A stretch of DNA of 51,505 bases, the filler included, from Streblomastix strix (taxonomy: Eukaryota), in NCBI GenBank assembly GCA_008636045.1. It is 3 parts of 3 records of this genome, joined end to end, with 100 filler letters (N's around TTAATTAATTAA, not from the genome) between each part and the next. Parts side by side here need not be neighbours in the genome. Positions count along the whole stretch, not along the records: positions 34,408 to 51,505 come from SNRW01000726.1; 2 more parts are not named here. One strand, given 5' to 3'. Shown here piece after piece: positions 36,288 through 48,900 of the stretch; position 1 is the stretch's first letter, and every line of letters starts with the position of its first letter. Under the pieces are notes generated by a model. That model saw only the letters and a program-made list of their open reading frames with translations. It searched no databases and was not told the origin of the DNA. Both the position numbers and the translations under genes were made by a program.

Positions 36288-38013
36288 TCATGCACTATGT
36301 GGTCCAACAACTTCATCAAATGAATGGTTAGTATCATATATGCTGCTTCCACCCGCCGCGGGTGAGAACAACTAAAACATATCATGAATTATACATAAAA
36401 TCGGAGGTGGTAGTCTCTTTCCACTGATATCAACATTACAATACTAATTTGTTGCTCATTAATATATTGGTGCTCCTCTGAGTTCGACAGATGTATTTTA
36501 GTTCTGAGTGTATAGTCCGTCAAATATTAGTGCTCCGTTGCTGTTTCTTTCACTTTAAAGAGTTATCAAAAAGCTTGTTAAATCTGTATGAGGGTTCAAT
36601 CTTCGGGTTGCTATATTTCTTGGAGTTGTCAAAGCATCTTCAAATTCATCAATGGCTTCGAATAATAAGTCAAGATTTGACGCATTTAGTTATAATTGGA
36701 AGAATTATTGGTCAAGCGTATTCATAGGCATATCTGGAAAATTACGTCCGCAGGTTGTTACTTGCATGTCCTAATAGCAAGGATTTTCTAAGCAAGTCGT
36801 AGCTCTTGCATCTTTCAGAAATTGAAGGCAGAAGTCGGCTACGTGAGACAGAGGAATATTTTAAAATGTTCGTATTTCCCGTTAATGTAGCACTCGTTGG
36901 AAATGACCATACTTCCACATGTTGAGCGGGAACGACAAATGGACGTTAGCTGTAGAATTATCGGACTCAATTAAGGCATGCATCAGTAGCTTTATAATGT
37001 ACCATGTTAGCGGTTGCCTCTGTTATGACATAATTTTTTATGCTTATGGTAACGGGTTTGATGTCGTAAACTAAATTCTTCAATCCTGACTCAGTAAGTG
37101 GCTCCGCATGTAATCCTGTTATCAAATCAGCAGTGCATCTCAATAATATAAACTATTTGGTGTATTAGAATGTCAGACTCCAATTTCTGAACATCAAATC
37201 GACATCCATTAACTTCTACTGGCTACTACCCAATAACTCATCTTTATTCACTGTCTAACATTTAGCCATTGAAATAATTGGATTCACTTAACATAAAACG
37301 AATGTATGAGGATTTATTTTGAGTTTTATTTTTAAATCACCAAATAGACCATTAGGATAATCAGTGAATGCAGATAATTTCAAGAGGTCATCAAATGGAA
37401 TGCTGACTCTGAAGCGTATTGGAATTGTATATGGAATGGCTGTTTGATTTCCTATTAGCTCTTCAATCTCTCGCATACTAGTATATGTTCCAAACGCTGA
37501 CATATCAAAATTATGAATATTCTCATAAAGGGAATGAATATGTTTTCTATTATTTTTCTAACTTTTTGGTTTTATTCTGTTATAAATAAATGATTCGGTT
37601 GTTGCGTCATTCTATAGACTTCCATCAATGGCTTTACCTCTATGATAGATGGTATATTCCCTAATAAGATTTGAACCTGATTTGAGACCTACAAATAGAA
37701 CCAATCCATCTTTATATAATTCATCTATTTTATCAAATTTGTCATCGAATTAGATATTAGCCGTTAGTACTACCGACAAGAACGAATTTTATATCTATGT
37801 TATGTCGTGGTCTGTGTCTATTAAACTAATAATAATCTCCTTTTCAAATAACGCTGGCATTTAAGATTCTGGTTTAATTTCCTTGATTGAATAATGATTT
37901 TCTCCGTCATTGGTGAATGGAACGACAGCATTACCTAATAATGTTTCTTCAATGGTCCCGCTTGTTGTAAATGTGTGGCTTTCATTAGATATATATTCAT
38001 CTTTTACGTTCAA
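36288..38013 (-). pseudogene. Putative major capsid protein (~575 codons) of metamonad Polinton-like viruses
   Basis: Size and beta-strand-rich sequence (LFVGLKSGSNLIREYTIYHRGK, NDATTESFIYN, FRVSIPFDDLL.LSAFTDYPNGLFGDLKIK, PPPILC..HD) that I recall from repeated metamonad Maverick/PLV proteins; not database-verified. Frameshift near 36877, internal TGA, TTG at the presumed start. Confidence 0.65.
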
Positions 38014-38122
38014 TCAAAAAATGAAATAGTAAAATAAATACTTAAAGAAACATAAAACTTTTGATGAATATCAATTTTATATTATAAAATTCATGATTTT
38101 GACATGAGAAATTGATGCAGAT

Positions 38123-38171
38123 AATGAATGACTTTTGACTGCACCGAGTGCATCGAGTGCATCGAGTCAAA
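38123..38171 (+). repeat. Dispersed motif copy A (three 9-bp units)
   Basis: AATGAATGACTTTTGACTGCACCGAGTGCATCGAGTGCATCGAGTCAAA. Confidence 0.85.
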
Positions 38172-38271
38172 TGTGTTCTATGAAAAATGCCAGTCGATCC
38201 GCCAAATAGTCGAAACATTAAAAAATAAATATTCTTAGCCTTTAATGAATTGAGTATAATTTTAATATTTT

Positions 38272-38585
38272 TCATTGATTCTATAACTATATTCTTCGAC
38301 TCTGTATATCAATAGGCTATTTTTATCTTAAATATTCGTCGTTTCCCAACATTTCAAAATCTTATCTAAATTATCCATATTTATCCGCACCATAACCATA
38401 ATCAAGAAATGAGCTAGCAACATCTAAACCTTTGCCTATTGTCTATCCGACACGACCTAGTGCTCCAAGTATCGGTTTAGCTAATGGTTTTATAAACGGT
38501 TTATAAACGTTATCATTAGCCCATTAAATCCCTTCCCTACCTTTTAAACTAACTATTTGATTTTTTAAAAGATGCCTACAGCCAT
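38272..38585 (-). pseudogene. Small Gly/Lys-rich protein with N-terminal amphipathic helix (candidate membrane-penetration virion protein)
   Basis: MAVGIFQKIKQLVQKVGKG then, after a 1-bp shift near 38527, WANDNVYKPFIKPLAKPILGALGRVGQTIGKGLDVASSFL. Lies directly upstream of the MCP. Confidence 0.55.
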
Positions 38586-38666
38586 GATTTACAAATAATA
38601 AAAATTAAATTTTATGTGTATTATTTTGAATTTGAATAAATGATTTTTTTATTAATGTTTTCTCAT

Positions 38667-38758
38667 TTCTGGCAGAATGGTAGGCTGGTAGCAGCTTTTT
38701 GTAAAAGTTTCTGACTCGATGCACTCGATGCTCTCGGTGCAGCCAAAAGTCATTCACT
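38667..38758 (-). repeat. Dispersed motif copy B (three units plus CTGCCA-rich tail)
   Basis: Reverse complement matches 44362-44444; direct match to 47068-47168. Confidence 0.88.
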
Positions 38759-38818
38759 AACCAAACCAAATTCTCGTGCCAAATTAACGTTTTTTGTTGA
38801 AGTTACTGGCACTGTTTT

Positions 38819-40427
38819 TCACAAATAATACATTTCACTAGCACAATATTTATAAACATCAGCTGAATCCATTAGTATTGACTCTTACAGTTCTGATAAT
38901 TAAAAGTATAGCACATTAAATTATGCATTTTCAATGAAGTATCTAATAGAAAAATTATTCTATCTTCCGCCTTATGTTCTATATACAGCCACAGGGAAGC
39001 CCAAACTTTTACCATCTGCTGATAATATAGAATCAGGAATACGACCTACTTCTTATGTCTTCCCATTCAAACCTTTAGATTCGAAATATCGATTGAATAC
39101 ACATACTCTGCAAGTGCCATCATCAACGATATAGAACGTATTATATGCTGATGAGCGGAAAAAATCATTAATTACAAACTTATTAAATATATTTGTAATA
39201 GCATATTGTGGTTGTGGTGATGAACCTAATTATTTTTCATGTTTTATTATTACTTCGTCGATGAATGAATCGGGTTCTTCAGTTGATGCTTCATTTGATG
39301 CGGATTCGTTAATATAATTATCAAGGATATATGTTCCTTAAAATTCGCAATAAAACATATTTAATTATCCACTAACGGCCACCTATACCGCAGACGATTT
39401 ATCATACATATCATTGAACAAACTCATAGCAGAAAATTCTTAATATTCTACATGAATAGGCATATATTTCGTATTTGGTGGTAGTAGTTTTTTACTGATT
39501 GTCGAAAATAATTTAAATACAGTTTATTATGCTTCATAATTGGAGCCTAATTGTGCTAATTTTGCTCCAAAGCTATATGCGATAAATAGCCTGTCTTTAA
39601 TAAAATATTTTGCTCTGTTTGCTTTATATACCGCTAATTCATCCACTAATTTAATTTCACTGTTCAAATATTTAGTTCGAATTAGTCCTTACACTCTTGC
39701 TTCGATTAAATCTGTTTATTTTTTTTACTGTTTCATTGATATACGATTACACTTCAAATAAACCTTTTCCATTAACATTCCGTGTATCCATTATGTCAAT
39801 TTTTCCGTCATTATTGGCATCATAATTTATTTTCTTTGATGATTCATAATTTTTATAATATGTGATGTTAAGCACAAGAGCAGTATTTGATGGTAATTAT
39901 CTGGAACTTATTATATATAACCCGTTTTAGTCGATATAGCAAAATATATTATATGTATTAGATGCGTCGGTTCCAACTAATGCGATCACTTATTCACTCA
40001 ATTTTGGTCTTGCTTCTTAGGGATAACTTTTGAATAAATATCCACTCAAATAACTCCCCAACTAACCACCACTTGGAAATAGACCTGTTGTTGCATATAA
40101 TGCAGTCAATGTGATTCTATCGCCATAAACGATTAATAATGGGTCTGAACACTTGAATGCTAAGAAATTTTATCGCTCTAATTATGAACTCAAATCCAAT
40201 TTCGTTATTGTATTCGGCACTGGTGGCTCGAATACTTCATTTGATGCGTAGATTATATCATCATTATTTTTCACTTGCTATTGCAGAGTTTGGTCCCAAA
40301 TAGATACAGGTTGCGGTTGTTGCTCGAATGGCTTAGGATAACGTTCTTTGATATCTGCGTATAATTCTGGGAAGTCAGATAAACCAGCAGCATCTAATAG
40401 TCTTTCATCAATATATACGTTCGACAT
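38819..40427 (-). pseudogene. ~535-aa putative structural protein with an EF-hand-like loop; +1 shift in A-run at 39719-39726
   Basis: MSNVYIDERLLDAAGLSDFPELY...; contains DANNDGKIDIMD. Span is 3n+1, consistent with a single homopolymer frameshift. Confidence 0.65.
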
Positions 40428-40474
40428 TTATAATCAATAAAAATAATTAATTAATCCAAACAAATTTAAGGTTT

Positions 40475-43381
40475 TCATTTAAACCATGTAGCAGATGCAC
40501 ATTATATATATGTATTGGTTGTTGATTTAGAGGTAATTAATCCAGTTGAATGAATAATCGATACATAACCGCCTTTATCAACAGTGTGATTCGGAAATGG
40601 AATAGATGTGCAAACAGCTACATCATCCTAAACTAAGTAGTCAGTGTTAAATGTTCCCATATTATAATTTCCTCCATTAGCGAGTAATGAAAATATATAA
40701 AAATTTCTTATTCTAGCAAGTCATAAATAATGATGATATAATCATCCTTGCTTGTTTTAACAAATCCAGTAGCATTAACATTAGCATTGAATGTTTTTGT
40801 GCCATTAAATTCTTAATTATTAACTATATTAATGTAATTCGATAGTTTTGAGTCTACTTCTGACGTAGTTAAATAAGTATTAGTGACTGGGTCCTAAGTT
40901 TTATCGTATGTCTAACCAAATGGATTAACATATTTTAATCTTCCTGTTATTGTTTATTAAATTGAGCCTTCCAATCTTATATATTTATTATCCGATTCTA
41001 TTTTCGAATATGTTTTTGTATAATAGTTTGATAAATCAGTTGGTGTACCTGAAAATTCAGAAATTGGTTTTGTTCCACCAGCTCCAAGTAAAACAACACT
41101 GTTATCTGCACCTGATTTAACAAACGATGCGCTTGTAATTGTTGCCATTCCATCGATAGAACTAATGAATCTACAAGCATTATTGAATGTCTTGTTTGCG
41201 GTTATCATCTATGGAGTGCCTAAGATCAAATAACCACTTAAGTCAACATTGCTAACTTCAATTTATGATATTAATTAATCAGTTTCTGTTTTTATATAAG
41301 TAGTTGATGGATTTGCTTTCAGCAACAGCAGAGTATCATCTTCTCCTTTAGTGTATGAAACTCCAGAATCGGCTTTGCTATCTAAAAAATTATTAGTTTC
41401 GCCTTTTGTATATGCATCTGTTTGTTATGTCTTATCAGCCTTCAACAACAGCAGAGCACCATCTTTTTATTTGGTGTATGCATCAATCAATTATGTTCTG
41501 TCAGCCTTCAATAATAGCAACGCATCATCCTCTCCTTTAGTATATGAAACTCCTGAATCGGTTTTAATATTTAAAAGATTACTGGTTTTACCTTTTGTAT
41601 ATGCATCTGTTAGTTATGTCTTATCAGCCTTTAACAACAGCAACGCATCATCTTCCCTCTTAGTGTATGAAACTCCTGAATCGGTTTTGTTATTTAAAAA
41701 ATTATTAGTTTCGCCTTTTGTGTATGCATCAATCAATTAAGTTTTATCAGCTTTCAACAACAGCAAAGCGTCATTTTCTTTTTTGGTGTAAGCATCGATT
41801 TAATTGAATACGTTTAATTTGTCGTCGAATAGGGCATCGACTTCTGTTTTATTGTAAGCATCTATTAACTCTGTTTCATCAGCTTACAATAACAGCAGAG
41901 CATCATCTTAAGTCTTCGTGTAAGCATCAATTTAATCGGAAATGTTCAATTATAAATTTAATTTTTAATCAGTTTCAGTTTTTGAATATGTTTATGATTT
42001 GTTGTAATAGTTTGATAAATCGACGCTTGCATTTATGTCCTATATTGCCTTAGCACCACCACCAGCTAGCTCAACGCTTAAATTGTCATAATTTTGAACT
42101 TAAATACCAACTAAATGAATTGTGCTGGTAAATGTTTTTTGAATCACTAATATTTTAATCATAGTCTACGGTAACAAAAGTGGTATTTTTCGGAGGTATT
42201 AATGTATTTTCACTGAATGATAAATCACTTATTGCATTGCCTCCACCTGTAGCTGTTCCGAGAGTTGTAATGACATTGGTCATATCAGGCTATTCAGCAT
42301 CTAACACTTTTATATCAGTGCCATCCCACCAATAATCCACTACATATTTATCAACAATACATAAATTATCACTTATTGCAAGTTTCGCAACATTGTCCTT
42401 AATTGCCATCCAATCATTCAAATCTGACTATGTGTCGAATATGTATGCTTTTGACTTTCCAGAAGTAATATTTAGAACTTCATATAATTCAGTTTAATTC
42501 ACTAATGAACTCACAAGCATATCACCACCACCAAAAAGAAGTATAGAAGCATCATTTTTACTCTATTTTGAAACACTTGCGACTGTTATAATATTGAACT
42601 ATTTTTGACCTGTTATTGTTTGAGCAGTGCCTAAATTATCGTAATCCGCAAGAAATGATTTATCAGACATCGGCAAAAGCAGAGAATCATATTCTGATTT
42701 GGTAGAAGCATCAATTTAATCGCTTACGTTTAATTTATCGACGAGTAGGGCATCGAATTCTAATTTATTGTATGCATCAATGAGCTCTGATTTATCTGCC
42801 TTCAACAGCAACAGAGTACCATCTTCTGACTTCGAATATGCATCATTTTATTCGCTTACGTTTAATTTGTCGTCGAGCAGGGCATCGGCTTCAGTCTTCG
42901 AATATGAATCAATGAGCTCTGATTTATCAGCTTTCAATAACAGCAACGTATCTTCTTCTTATTTAGTGTATGCATCAGATTAGTCAGATGTACTTAATTT
43001 GTCATCGAGTAGGGAATCGACTTCAGTTTTATTGTATACATCAATTTAATCAGATATGTTTAATTTTAATGCAAGCAATTCATCATCTTCTGTCTTCGTG
43101 TAAGCATCAATGAGCTCTGATTTATCAGCCTTCAACAATAGCAGAGCATCATCTTCTGTCTTCGAATATGAATCGATTTAATCAGAAATATTTAATTTTT
43201 TATCTAGCATTTCATCAATTTCTTCACGATTATAAGGTTTAGGTGTTTCATTAATTATATTTATTAAATTTTCAATATTTTTTACTTCGTTAATTAAGCC
43301 AAAGGTGTAATACTTACTTGAACCATAAAGTGCCTAATCATGATTTAAAACAATATCAAGCATATGTAAATCTCCGTCCAT
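40475..43381 (-). pseudogene. Tail-fiber-like repeat protein (~970 codons, several frameshifts)
   Basis: Two arrays (~42640-43230, ~41260-42000) of ~19-21-aa repeats IDAYTKxEDDALLLLKADKxxL. QTITGQKQF and GTKTF motifs, LLGAGG, DLSNYY, C-terminal ..ASATWFK*. Confidence 0.8.
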
Positions 43382-43429
43382 TTTATAAAAATACAAATAA
43401 TTAATTAACGTTTACAAATTTTATTTAAC

Positions 43430-44055
43430 ACAGTCATTAATCTTTTAGATACAGTACTAATAATTTTGCTTATTATCTCTCCTAAATCTAAAATGCTTGT
43501 TATTTTTCTTATTTTTTATAAACATATTTTATAGATATCCCTTAATAAATTTACTTTTTCGACGTTTAGCTTTAATATATTTATGTTCCCAATTAATATC
43601 TCATTTAACGTTTGATTTGAGTCGTTGCAGAAACTACCACAACATCCTTCATCCTCTATATTCAATTAAATTTAACTTTCTGAGACGTCAAAAGTATAAG
43701 CAACAACTTGATTCAATTAATTTTCTGATAATACGAAATGCGCTGATTCTTTTACCATGTGTTCGACTTCACTAATGATATCCAATAGCCACCGGCTCAC
43801 TGAATGGTCTGGAGTTAAAGTTTCTTCAAATATTGAACTTCTTCGCCTAGCTGACAAGGTTGGCGTTTCACATCTGATAACCTGTTCCAGAAATAGGCTG
43901 CTGAAATGGGTCAATTTATTTTTCAAATTATGGTTCCACTTCTGGAACAGTTGGATTCTTCATTTTAATCATGTTAAAAATAATTAATTATTTGCGTAAA
44001 ATAAAGTCATTAATTGAGCCTAATCAACTGTTTCAGATTGAGTTAAAATGGTCAT
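43430..44055 (-). pseudogene. Degenerate hypothetical viral ORF
   Basis: ATG at 44055 and long open stretches in shifting frames (includes track ORF 43717-43926). Boundaries approximate. Confidence 0.3.
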
Positions 44056-44361
44056 ATTCGTAATCAGCGCATATTAATTGTGTACATAGTTGGTTATCAA
44101 ATGATTTTAAAATTTCATGAAAATGAAGTTTTTATTTTATTTTTTAATTTTTTAATTTCAATATTTAATGAAATTAAAAAATTTATGCTAAAAAATAGTC
44201 TAAAAAATTAATGTTTCTGAATAGCCTTGGGAATGATGGTTATGTACAGTGTTGATACGTAGAATCCAAAAACGATGTTTAAATCGAAATCTTGAACGGT
44301 TGTTGCATACCAATTTTGCTATATAAAAATATATGATTTGACACGGAAAAATAGATTAGAT

Positions 44362-44444
44362 AGTGAATGACTTTTAGCTGCACCGAGTGCATCGAGTCAA
44401 AAACTTTCATCAAAAACTGCTGCCAGACTGCCATTCTGCCAGAA
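44362..44444 (+). repeat. Dispersed motif copy C (two units plus tail), upstream of primase-helicase
   Basis: AGTGAATGACTTTTAGCTGCACCGAGTGCATCGAGTCAAAAACTTTCATCAAAAACTGCTGCCAGACTGCCATTCTGCCAGAA. Confidence 0.88.
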
Positions 44445-44565
44445 GTGAAAAAATATTAATAAAATAAATTTATGCCAAATAAAAAGTTAAAAAAATAAAT
44501 GATTAAACTTATTTTAAAAATAAACGTGTTTGTTTTTTTAAATTCAACTTTTTAATCGGTAATAA

Positions 44566-47037
44566 ATGGCAACAGAAGAATTTGAATCTATCGGATGTAT
44601 CGGCAATTAGAATCCATCAGTCAACCAAACCAGCCAAATAATCAATGTATTATATTCAACTGAAATATCAGATAATATGACCGATAAATAATATAAAAAA
44701 AGATAAATGAATAGAATATTATTAGCTTTTCAAAAAAATATATCAGAAAATAATTCGAATTATAATAACTTAACTATTGGCGAACGTATCAAAGAAGCAA
44801 TTACTCCATTATATAATTATAAGAAACTTATAGATGGAAAAAAAGGTTCATAAACAGGTTCAGATGTTGATTTAGGCAAATGTGATGATTAATTATGCGT
44901 AATTGATTTTGATATCAAAAAAGATTTATCTGATGAAAAAATAACAAAAATACGAAATTAAATTATTGAAAATTTACCTTCAAATGTTGGACTCGTTAAG
45001 ACAGCACATGGAGGATTATATGTATATTTAGATAGAGATGGATATCCACTAAAAAATAATTCATAAATCAAAATCATTAAAACTGAAAACTTTGTTGTTG
45101 ATATATTTGCACATATCGATGAAAATTAAAGACTTGTTGTTCTTCAAAAATCAACATATAGGCCTTAGGAAAATAATTAGAGAAAAACATTAAAATATGA
45201 AGACTTAAATAATTTGCTTGAAAAAAACAACCTTGCGACATTAAATGATGTCTTAGATATTTATGGTATAGATTTAAGAATTCAATTTGAAGAAGAGAAA
45301 CCGATTATAAATAATGATGGAAAATTAAGAAAAATGAGTAAAGAATTAGCTGATTTATTAGTTGATAGAATATAACATTTATAGATACATAACGATGCTT
45401 AGAAAGTCAAACGAGAAATAACGTTATTATGTTTATTTATAGGACTAAATGGTCTTGCTTTTGATGAAGGATTACAAAAGGAGGAAATTAAATAATATAA
45501 TGATGATGCTTATAACAAAGTTTAGGCATAGAATAATTTAACCGAAAATGCGATTCAAAATTTGGAGCTCAAAAGGTCAAGATTCTATTCGAAGGCTAAT
45601 CCATGGGTTTTATAAAAGATTTTCAAATATCGCAATACATAGTATTACATCGATGTTATAAAGCTTTATCTTGCAAAATAATTATATGGTGAGTAAATAA
45701 AAATAAATTAGTAAACAATTGATTTAAAAGAAAATTTTTCATTATTATATATATATGGAAAAATATAACAAATAAAATATATAATAAAATTGAGTAAGTA
45801 GCTTAAAATTTAACAATAATATTGCGATGTGCTCCATGTGATGGTGGCTTAGTATTTATAGTGAAATAATATGACGCAATCAATGAAAAATATAAAATTT
45901 AACACATGAATAAAACAGCAATATATGAACAATTATAGATGATTATTCAATGGAAAGAAAATTACAAAAATGTATCATTGAAACAAGTTTACGAATAATT
46001 TAATTCTTTATATATGATGAAAGGAATCAGATTTATTAGTCAACTTCCTGAAATATTCAGTAAATTTTAAGGCTATAAATATTAGTAAGTGCCTACTATT
46101 AATGAATACCTCATTAAAGATTATTTAAATTTGATATATGAAACGATAGCAGCAGGTAATGAAAATTTATATAATTATATTATTAATTGGATTGAATTTG
46201 TTATATAAAATGTTGATGTTAAATCAGAGGTGGCATTGATATTGTAAGGCAGTCAAGGTATAGGCAAGAATAGATTCACAGATGTTTTATCTGAATTATT
46301 AGCTGGGTATTCGATTAGAAATATTACAGATATTGATGAATTTACGGGTAAGTTTAATTCTGTCGTTGAAAATATAATCCTTAGAATAGCCAATGAACTT
46401 AAAAATTTTGGAGATGCAAGATATTCAAACATGGATGCGTTGAAGTCGATTATGGCAGATAATCAAATAAGAATAAATGAAAAAAAATCAGCTTCGCAGA
46501 ACAGCGGAAAATATGATAAATTTGATAATGGTAACCAACAACGATTTCCCTGTAAAGATTGAAGCCAATGATAGGCGTAATGTTGTATGCAGATGCAAAG
46601 AAGTTCATTGGGACAATGTTGAATATTTCACTTCTTTATATAACGGTTTCACTACTGAATTTTATAACAATTTATTTACTTATTTTATTTCCAGAGATAT
46701 AAGTAATTGGAATCAAAGAATCATCTCATTCACAGAGGCGAAAAAGGACATAATTAGAGCATCACGTTCATAAATTGATGATGTAATCTTTTAAAATTAT
46801 CAAGCGTTTAAGGAAGACGTGCCTTGCACTATTGTATTATAATTCAAACTATACGATGATAAAGAGATATAATTCTAATTATAACTCAAAAATAAATGTC
46901 AAAGAATATAAAAAACAATATTAAGAAAACGAACATGGATATATAAATTGAATGAAGATTTAATAAAATTATTCGACAGATTCAGAGAAGAAGACCAAGA
47001 CACTAATGAGTATGCTAACGATGATATTAATGTTTGA
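44566..47037 (+). pseudogene. AEP-family primase/polymerase fused to D5-like superfamily 3 helicase (~823 codons; frameshifts near 45780 and 46485)
   Basis: AEP motifs LCVIDFDIK and VKTAHGGLYVY (His position is Tyr). Walker A LQGSQGIGKN, Walker B-like RIANE, motif C IMVTNN, DRR. Confidence 0.88.
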
Positions 47038-47067
47038 GCATTATATATTTTTATTTATTTTTCTCAA

Positions 47068-47250
47068 TTCTGGCAGAATGGCAGGCTGGCAGCAGTTTTT
47101 GATGAAAGTTTTTGACTCGGTGCACTCGATGCACTCGATGCACTCGGTGCAGTCATAAGTCATTCATTAACATTTCTATTAATGCGTACCAATTTTATAG
47201 ATTTCATCGATGGTTTATGACTCGATGCACTCGGTGCAGTCAAACATTCA
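47068..47250 (-). repeat. Dispersed motif copies D (47068-47168, four units plus tail) and E (47218-47250, two units)
   Basis: Reverse complement of D equals copy C apart from unit number and a few substitutions. Confidence 0.88.
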
Positions 47251-47344
47251 ACGCTTTTCATTAAAGTTTTCAATAACATATTTTAGGTTTCTATCAACCA
47301 AATCCAAATGTAATTTCATTCAACCAAACAATTAACTGGGCAAA

Positions 47345-47607
47345 TAGTTATGTGAAAAAAGAGAGTGCCATACAATTCAAGAATACAGCACAATAACATA
47401 CATCATTAATCTACTTCAACATCCATATTCATTAATCATTATCAATATCGCAATCAATAATCTAATTCAAAGTGTTTATTTTCTTTTACATTATTTAATG
47501 AAATTTATGTCTTTATTATTTATTTTCTTTATTTTATTTTCATTATTTTATTTTCTTTATTTTATTTTATTTTTCAATGTGGGGCACTCTCCTTTTTCAC
47601 ATAACTA
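47345..47607. mobile_element. ~260-bp MITE with 25-bp TIRs; outer TA may be the TSD
   Basis: TAGTTATGTGAAAAAAGAGAGTGCC (47345-47369) vs GGCACTCTCCTTTTTCACATAACTA (47583-47607), one mismatch. AT-rich non-coding interior. Confidence 0.8.
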
Positions 47608-47639
47608 CTTATGTGTTTAGAATAAGAAGGAAGCTTAAG

Positions 47640-48900
47640 ATGCAACTACGACAAAAGAAAAGGATGGATGAACCATAAAAAAACAAAGAAAAAGTTCCGA
47701 ATCATTTCGACGAATATTTTGCAATTTATGATGAAGGAAAAAAAGAAAAGTATCTTACTTTCCATCATAAATGCCGTTTCACAATTCCAATTGTTAATAT
47801 AGTATCTCCAACTGAAAATGAACTTCGCTATATTAATCTGATATTAACGATAAAACACCTGAATAAAACTTAAAAAACTTTAAATACAAAAGAAACTTCT
47901 GTTTTAATTATTGATATAGCAAGAATAATTTAATAATAATAAATTTGTGCTTTACGAGGATGCAGAATAACTGTCTCCTTAGGTTCAGCAACAATTCATA
48001 CCTATCATCTTACTGCTGTAATAATATCAAATATCAACGATAAAAATTAAACGAATAAAAATCAGTCCAATTCATTTCATTCAGTCCAATGCTACATAAA
48101 ATATAATAATAAAGACTTTCAAAAGGTCAATAATTATTGCATGAATCTATTATTTTTGAATCAAAATCGAACTAAGATTAATTAACAACACCAGAAAGAT
48201 AAGAACATCATTCAAATAATAGTTTAATGCAAAAATCTCCTGATTCTTCAACAATTTAATAGCAACATTAATAACTAGATGAAAATTTTAATAACAATAA
48301 AACAAAGATCAATCTATTTCTATAATATAACCTAGGAAACATTTTTCCTCTAATAAGAACGAATATATAAGTATTCGCCGAACAATAATCAATATTGAAG
48401 AACAAATAATTATTTATGGATATCCAATTTCTCTTCATATTCGCACATCATTTCATTCAAGATGCCTCAATCATCAAATTTAATTACGTTTTACCCACGC
48501 ATATAATGATCTTATTGATTTCTTCAGTGCAATAAATCATTTTAAAGTAATTTATCTGATTCTTCACAGCCTAAATTGCATTAAGGCTATTGGATCAAGA
48601 CCGTCTACATTTTCTCCTACTCATTGGTTTGATAAGTGTAAATAATTTGGGTATCTTCTAATTAAATAATATGAAATAAGACTTAGAATATTTAATAGTT
48701 TCTAGCTTTTCTAGTAAATTAAACAACTTTATTTAACACTTGAACCTTAAAGAGCTTTAGTCGCATGTTTAAAGTAATCAAAATCGAAGAATGATTTCTC
48801 TGCAATCGATTCTCTTTCTTTTAACTTTGAGATATTTGCATTCCAACAATCATTTGCAATCCATCAACCATTAAAAAAATGTATCAAAATCTCTCTTTGA
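47640..48900 (+). pseudogene. Possible highly degenerate hAT-like transposase remnant
   Basis: LRGCRITVSLGSATIHTYHL resembles the first-Asp region and IGSRPSTFSPTHWF the TRW region of hAT transposases. Frames broken; boundaries approximate. Confidence 0.3.

Larger units (their letters stand above)
34408..47250. mobile_element. Decayed endogenous Polinton-like virus (structural module on minus strand, primase-helicase on plus strand); left part off-contig
   Basis: Tightly packed intronless genes: KilA-N, putative capsid proteins, fiber-repeat protein, AEP-SF3 helicase. Many frameshifts. Termini not identified. Confidence 0.8.

Noticed and set aside
38819..39847. Separate 342-aa gene starting at ATG 39847
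   Set aside because: Better explained as the 3' part of one frameshifted gene starting at 40427.
41260..43230. ~60-bp periodic repeats as a CRISPR-like array
   Set aside because: They are degenerate codon-phase protein repeats of the fiber gene without unique spacers. The plus-strand track ORFs here are antisense shadows.
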